This document shows, piece by piece, positions 41,386 to 64,000 of a DNA stretch of 64,000 nucleotides. The notes below the pieces were generated by a model. It was given only the letters and a program-made list of their open reading frames with translations, was not told the origin of the DNA and did no database searches. Position numbers and translations under genes: made by a program. The DNA lies in contig CAVNZM010000014.1 of the NCBI GenBank assembly GCA_963693365.1, forward strand, positions 2,542,001-2,606,000, in the 5' to 3' direction. How positions within the stretch are numbered: the first letter of the stretch is position 1; each line of letters begins with the position of its first letter. This DNA is from Amoebidium appalachense. Lineage: Eukaryota > Protista > Ichthyosporea.

Positions 41386-42004
41386 ACTTTTTCAAAATGT
41401 GGTTTTCTGTGTTGCTAAGTCTTTTTACTCTTTACATTCGCCTAATATCCCTTTGGCACGTACGCGTGTGTGCATGGATTGCCCAAATGAAATTTGAATG
41501 CCTACTCAGACAAACGGTGTGTGGGCTGAATAAACACGCAAAACTCGTGCCATTTGATAGCCAAAATGCTGTGGAGGGTATAGCGGTGTAGTTAAATTAA
41601 GTAAGGGACGAAAGAAAGGTTATTGAACTATGATAGTCAAGTGATTACAACACAGAAGCTGGATTTGAAAGTGGAAGTGGAGCCTACAATCCTGACCCTG
41701 TGTACACATGTGTCTACACCTTTAACACTGTTCTACACCTCAAACAAGTGTTTCTTTGAATGATGACACACAATGCGTTCTTGCCTTTCTTTTCCTAAAC
41801 AACTATACGGCGCTAGTGTGGATGTTAATACACGAGGAGAAAAAAAACCGAAACCCCAACTTTTGGGTGTGGTCTTGTGCGGGCATGGATGGAGTGGGCC
41901 ACGTTCAGTAATGTAAGTGGCTTCACCTAGTGCGCTGTGATTGGTCGGTAAAGTCTTCTAGCAATGAGCAGCAGGTAATGACCTTCTTCCAATCAACTGC
42001 GACG

Positions 42005-42480
42005 CCGTCTCAGACTCTCACAATGCAACACACACACCCTCGCGGTTCGGGTCGGTTCGGTTCGACGTCTCAAACCGCGGTCTGAGCAGTTGGCGGTCTG
42101 GGCCGTTGCCGGGGAGATTCGGTGAGGCCGGGCCGGGGGGGCCGGAGGGGGAACGCGTAGAACAAGTTCGGGCGGGGAACCCACCACCGTTCACTCCCCG
42201 TCGGAAAACGGCTCCCAAAAAAACACTAAACACACACGCACAGGCACCCACACACACTTCTACACGCATAAACACAGTAAGTTACACAGGTAAACCCTCA
42301 GGGACACATATGCATGGTTCGACCGGTTTGAACCGACCCGCAGCGGTTCGGTTTAGTTCGATTGCGCAAACCGCAGTCTGGCGGTTTGGACCGAACCGTT
42401 CATGGATTGGACTCTCAGTCTGAGACTCTGACTTGAGCAGCGCCGACTCACTCGTGAGGGACCGGTCCGGTCTCCGGTTG
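42005..42480. mobile_element. Palindrome-rich element with repeated CGGTTCGG/CCGAACCG motifs (MITE-like or regulatory)
   Basis: Two related blocks (about 42042-42105 and 42343-42398) with nested inverted repeats. A 10-bp inverted pair gtctcagact (near 42006) / agtctgagac (42417) flanks them. Confidence 0.4.
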
Positions 42481-43076
42481 AGTCAATCGATGTTGTTTAG
42501 AGTGTTATCAAGCATACTACGTGGCAGTCCACAGGAAAAAATCCTGAGAACCTGATAAGTGTCAAAGGAAATGCATCACACAATCTGTACATAATGCAAG
42601 TAGCCATACATACCGTATGTAGGCTGTCCGTCTACTCAGCCACTTCTGAAAGTTCTGATGAAGAATTGACCAATCAGTATAAGCCATATACTATCAGTCG
42701 TTGCCGACTCAGCGACCGTTGTAGATCTGCACAACTGAGGAATGTGAAAGGCGAATGTTGATTGGATGTCATGATCTGTTGGCGCCGTGGGCGAGCTTGC
42801 GCCCGGCCAAGCTCATTACATCCAAGTCTGCAATTGATGCCAAAATAAACATGATATGAAACATTTGTCTTCTGCAATTATTATTGAGTTCATTTAGTCT
42901 AAAGCCATTTGTTGACTATGGTCCTGATAATGTTATGTAGTGGCACACCGCAGTCCTGGATGATGCATCATGCGGCTGCCGTTGGTTACCAAGTGAATGA
43001 CGTCATGATGCTCTGGCATCCAATTAGATCGTCGGCGAACTTGCAAAGACAGTTTGACCGATCCGGATCGTAGGGC

Positions 43077-43109
<33 letters not shown>

Positions 43110-43554
43110 TGGTGCCACCCAGAAACTGGTCCTACTCACACCTTTCGCTAGGCTACCCATGTCTTCACCGTGATGTGTGCTGATATTAGCGTCACAGCAG
43201 GGTAATCGACAACTGCCATTGACATAACAAATCTTTTCAGCTTTCTTTGAAGTATTCGTGAAGACAGTCACTGCAGCTGTTGTAAGGTGACCACCAGTAC
43301 CATTTACTTTTCAAATTTTTTACAACGACTGAATTTGACTCAGGGGAGAAGTTACGTGAAGCTTCTTGGTCATGCCTGGATGGCCAGTGCATTTGTGGTG
43401 GAGAACATTAACCTCTACGTTGACGTTCTTGTGCTTGTGATCATGATCGTCCGCCACATCTCGATTTGTCCGGCAGAGCTCAGTAGACTAACTACCGAGT
43501 ACGCGATCAAGAACTCCTTAGTTGCCCCCTTATGTTGTGATGTAAAACTGTGTG

Positions 43555-43608
<54 letters not shown>

Positions 43609-44883
43609 TTTGTGTATGTGTTTGTGTGTGTGTATGCATGTATGTTTTTGTGTGTGTGTCTGTGTGTGTGTCTGTGTCTGTGCGAACGTGTGTTCGCGCG
43701 TGCTTGCGTGCGTGCGTGTACGTGTGTGTGTGTATGTGCGTGTGTGTGGCATCTCTTTTTTTTGCGTACTTTCCGGGTGAGTGCGTGCGTGCGTGCGTGC
43801 GTGCGTGCGCGATCTGGCGTGCATGTGTGCGTATATATGCGCGACATCGTATGTGTGGCTATGGACGGGTGGGTCCGCGTTCAGGTGACACTGTGTTCCA
43901 TGCGGCATCGCATCTAACAATAATATAACCGGGTCTCCTTGCATGGCACCTGGACCGTGCCGTATGTGATGTGTGAGCACCGAGCGAGTGGATATTGTGT
44001 ATCTGTCGCTACCAGCTGCATGGCCACCCTTATACGAACCGGTACCACAGAGCTATAGGAGGTAAACCTTTTTCACATGCATCGCGCAACAAGCGCGTGA
44101 GCGCGGTCTACATCAGGCTCAGCAGTACTTCACGTGGCGCATAAACATGTACTTTGCTTTGGTTAGACCAAGAAGCGCATATTCCAGGCCTGTGCACTTG
44201 TGCTATCTTCGTTTTACATGTGCCCACTCTCTGCCCAGCCCGCCATTTCCATTCCGCCACCTCCATCGCCAAATGTAAAGCACGGACACATGGTATATGC
44301 CTACGGAAGCTTGCGGGTTTATATAAGAGCTGAATGTCGTCTTCAATAAAATTATAGATCCTTTGCTTAGGTTTGTATAGGTAAGTGTATCCAGCAAAGG
44401 TAATACAAAAATACATCTTAGTAACAAAATACTATGTATTGTACATACACACACAGCACGTACACCACGTACACGTGAACACCATGCACGTGCTTGGTGT
44501 TTGCTTGTGCATCGCGCGGCGCCATCTCCTGACTCCAACGCGCTGATTGGTCCGACAAAATTTGCACCCTGACCTCAGTGAGCCAAATTTCCATTTTAGG
44601 CAGCTATTTTTGTGCGATGTAGCCGCCGCGTTGCACAAAGTTTTCCTTCCCGCAAGCCTGCAAGTTGCACAGAGAGACCATGTAGCTGGAAAGGGAAAAC
44701 TTCGATTGATTTATCAACTTGTGAGAGTCAGAGCGTACCCATCAGAGCAACAACAAGCGTCTTCCTTTCCTTTGTTCCATTCAAGAGTAGCCTCCGTGCT
44801 GAAGTTGCATGATCCATGCGCCAGCAACATTTCAGATCTTCTTTGTAATCACACATCCTAGGTCCCCCTCATCTCGGGCGAGA

Positions 44884-61247
<16,364 letters not shown>

Positions 61248-61701
61248 CTCCGCATATCTTCCGCCCACACAGAATATCTTTTATCTTTGTTTTTATTTTG
61301 TTTTTTGGATTTCGGGGAAGGGGGGGGGGGGAGGGGAGGGGAGGAGAACGGGGGGGGGGGAGGGGGGGGGGGGGGGGGAGGGGTTCGACAAAGAGATCTG
61401 GTGGAAGAGGTCGGTGGTTGGTTGGTTGGGGGGGGGGGGGGGGGGGGGGGAGAAGGGGCTTTGTTTCCATGTATTGTTAAAGTTTCAGGTTTTTATAAAG
61501 TCCAAAGAAATCTGAAAATCAAAAAAAGTGTTGTAGTCTTGCATATATTTTCTTGTTGAGGGGGGATCTGTGTTCTGTAGGCTTGCATGGGTTTACTTGG
61601 CAGCTTAACAGCAAAAGAAAAAACGTCATGATTAATGTTTGTGTAGTAGTTTTATACCTTATACTTACCTGTTGACTGAATATTTGAGCTTTTTTTTGTT
61701 T

Positions 61702-61742
<41 letters not shown>

Positions 61743-61851
61743 AAAAGACCAAGACATGGTTCAGAGTGAGCTTGTTGTATGACAAATCATTGGAAAACTT
61801 CTGTGATATCTTGTTTGTTCGTATTTTGAAGTTCTACGAAGACATGATGTA

Positions 61852-61895
<44 letters not shown>

Positions 61896-62057
61896 TTCCC
61901 CCCGTTGCATCACATACAGCAAGTTTCAAAGACTGGGGTTGGCCCAGGCCACTTCTTCATCGATTTTTTTTCGTTTTTCTCCTTCTTCTTCTCGACTTCC
62001 CCCCTCTCTCCCCCCCCCCCCCCCCTTTTTTTTTGGGGGGGGGGGGGGGGTTTGTGT

Positions 62058-62105
<48 letters not shown>

Positions 62106-62394
62106 CTCAGTTCTGATTCCCTTCTGCAGTGGAACAGTACGCACACGAAAAGATCGTTGTGCCGATTAAAGAAGAAAGATTATTTTTGTTTTCCTTCAGG
62201 AAGGTTTCTGCTGGTTGCTGGCTGTAATTACAATGATCACATTGATTGCGTCTGGGGAATATATATATTCCTGCAGGGGAAAGGACTTGAGATTCCTCTC
62301 CCTCTCCCTATCATGATATATCTCTCTTCTGTCTCTCTCTTCTCTCTGTCAACTCTCCCTCCCTCCCTCCCTCCCTCCGAGGCCTCCCTCCCTC

Positions 62395-62548
<154 letters not shown>

Positions 62549-63471
62549 TCCGGGACCGAAGTTCCCCCCCGCCCCCCCTTATGAGCCTTCAATATTCCTT
62601 CCCCTTCGAATTCGGAATCCCCCCCCCTCCCACGGTGTCACTCCCTCTCCTACTCAAGTATTACTATCTCCGGCCCGGCCCTGCCTCCCCCCTCCCCGCG
62701 GGCCGCGGATACAATGATATTCATACGACATGACAACTGTCGTCCACCACCATCCGGCAGACATACGGCCGCCGTTTTTTTAGGCTGGGTCTGGCTGCAG
62801 GCGCGCAGTTCAGAGCCTCAGATGTCAGTTGCAGAGGGCCGTGGGCTGAGCCGATAGCGAGCATGTTGTATGTTGGCTTGTCACGGTGCGTGCGAGTAAC
62901 GTAATAAAGTTATTCGCTCGTGACTCAGTGAGTAACGCCACATAATAATCAAAAAACTGCTTTTTGGTGCCTTAGTGCGACGATCCAAGGCAGTTGGTTG
63001 TAAGACGGAAGAGCCGTAAGAAACTGGAACTGCTTACAGCGAAGCTTCTTATTAATTAAGTTCCCGAATTCCATGTGAAGAATTCTCGGACGGTCCATTA
63101 TCAAAGGCCCAGTTTTCAGAAATTTTACCTTCCTCTCACCGCCTGGAAAAAATTTGGGGTGTTACTTAAAATAGAAACCCTCGACATTTTTTCGGTCGGA
63201 CTGAGCATCAGCACACCCAATCCATCAGTCAGTCAGATGCTTCAGACGATGCAAAAAGTATATATATAATATAGTTCTTACCACCAGGCTAACGGATGAT
63301 GGAAGAGTCTGTGTTCCCATTTTCCCTTTGTTTCGAATAGTGGCGTTGTCTCGGAAGGCGCTGCGGTATCACCAACACGATAATTGCCAAACGGGAGCAA
63401 ATGACCTGCAAGCTTCGGAGTTCGCAACCCCTCTGCCGTGCATACTGGCGATTAATATTAGTTACAACCTA

Positions 63472-63474
<3 letters not shown>

Positions 63475-63530
<56 letters not shown>
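63475..63530. repeat. (TA)n microsatellite
   Basis: Directly visible. Confidence 0.95.
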
Positions 63531-63534
<4 letters not shown>

Positions 63535-64000
63535 TTCAGAGAGTTTTTATAATAATAATCTGCTATGCGACACTCACGTTTCATCGGTCCGATCGTATAG
63601 AGGGCCTACTCGAGCTTTCGAAAGTTCTGTGACGCGTACGTGGAACCTGGCTCTGGAGGCAGCATATTATGACCTAAATAATGTAAAGGATTCACCCAAA
63701 AGACACAGGACTACAACTTTGGTAAAAGATGTAGACTGTATACCCTGTATACTTTAACAAACGTGTCAATATTTCCCTCCCCCAAACTTTTTTTTGAGTG
63801 TTGATCAGTCTGCATAGTTTTTAACCTTCCTGTCCACCATGGCGGCATGGCCACGTGACTGCAAGCATTTCGATTTTCGAAAACCGATGATTGGATTAGT
63901 CAGCACCATGTGTGGCATTCCTGGAAGGAGGGTAAATTTACTGCTGTCTTGAACATTTGCGTGAACCAATACAAACTCTTTTGCTTATAGGGCAAGATAT

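Noticed and set aside
42600-43500. Unique intergenic sequence with short broken ORFs
   Set aside because: No recognisable motif, so it cannot be called a gene or transposon.
63839-63931. CCACCATGG start with a short ORF and donor at the window end
   Set aside because: No recognisable protein and truncated by the window edge.

Overview
Eukaryotic, intron-dense genomic DNA (standard code; all modelled introns GT-AG). Introns are packed with poly-G/poly-C, (CA/TG)n and minisatellites, so almost all supplied ORFs are repeat artefacts. Four genes can be assembled by hand with phase-consistent exons: (1) a 16-exon EF-hand ATP-Mg/Pi mitochondrial carrier (SCaMC, SLC25A23/24/25 type), minus strand, 1269-15512; (2) an intronless Pho80/Pcl-type cyclin, minus, 17759-18511; (3) a ~14-exon receptor tyrosine kinase, minus, ~28735-41385; (4) a 20-exon AMP deaminase, plus, 44884-61247. 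A true tyrosine kinase plus a fungal-like Pcl cyclin suggests a unicellular holozoan such as an ichthyosporean (inference). The unexplained signal is intronic: six stem-loops in separate carrier-gene introns, mostly favouring the sense strand; a ~75-nt element shared by several of those introns; many acceptors with (CA)n or A-runs instead of a U-rich tract; and minisatellites built from splice junctions, including a recursive-splice-like CAG/GTAAAG array, an array matching the U1 snRNA 5' end, and a possible poison mini-exon. All structures were paired by eye, and homopolymer lengths may be unreliable.
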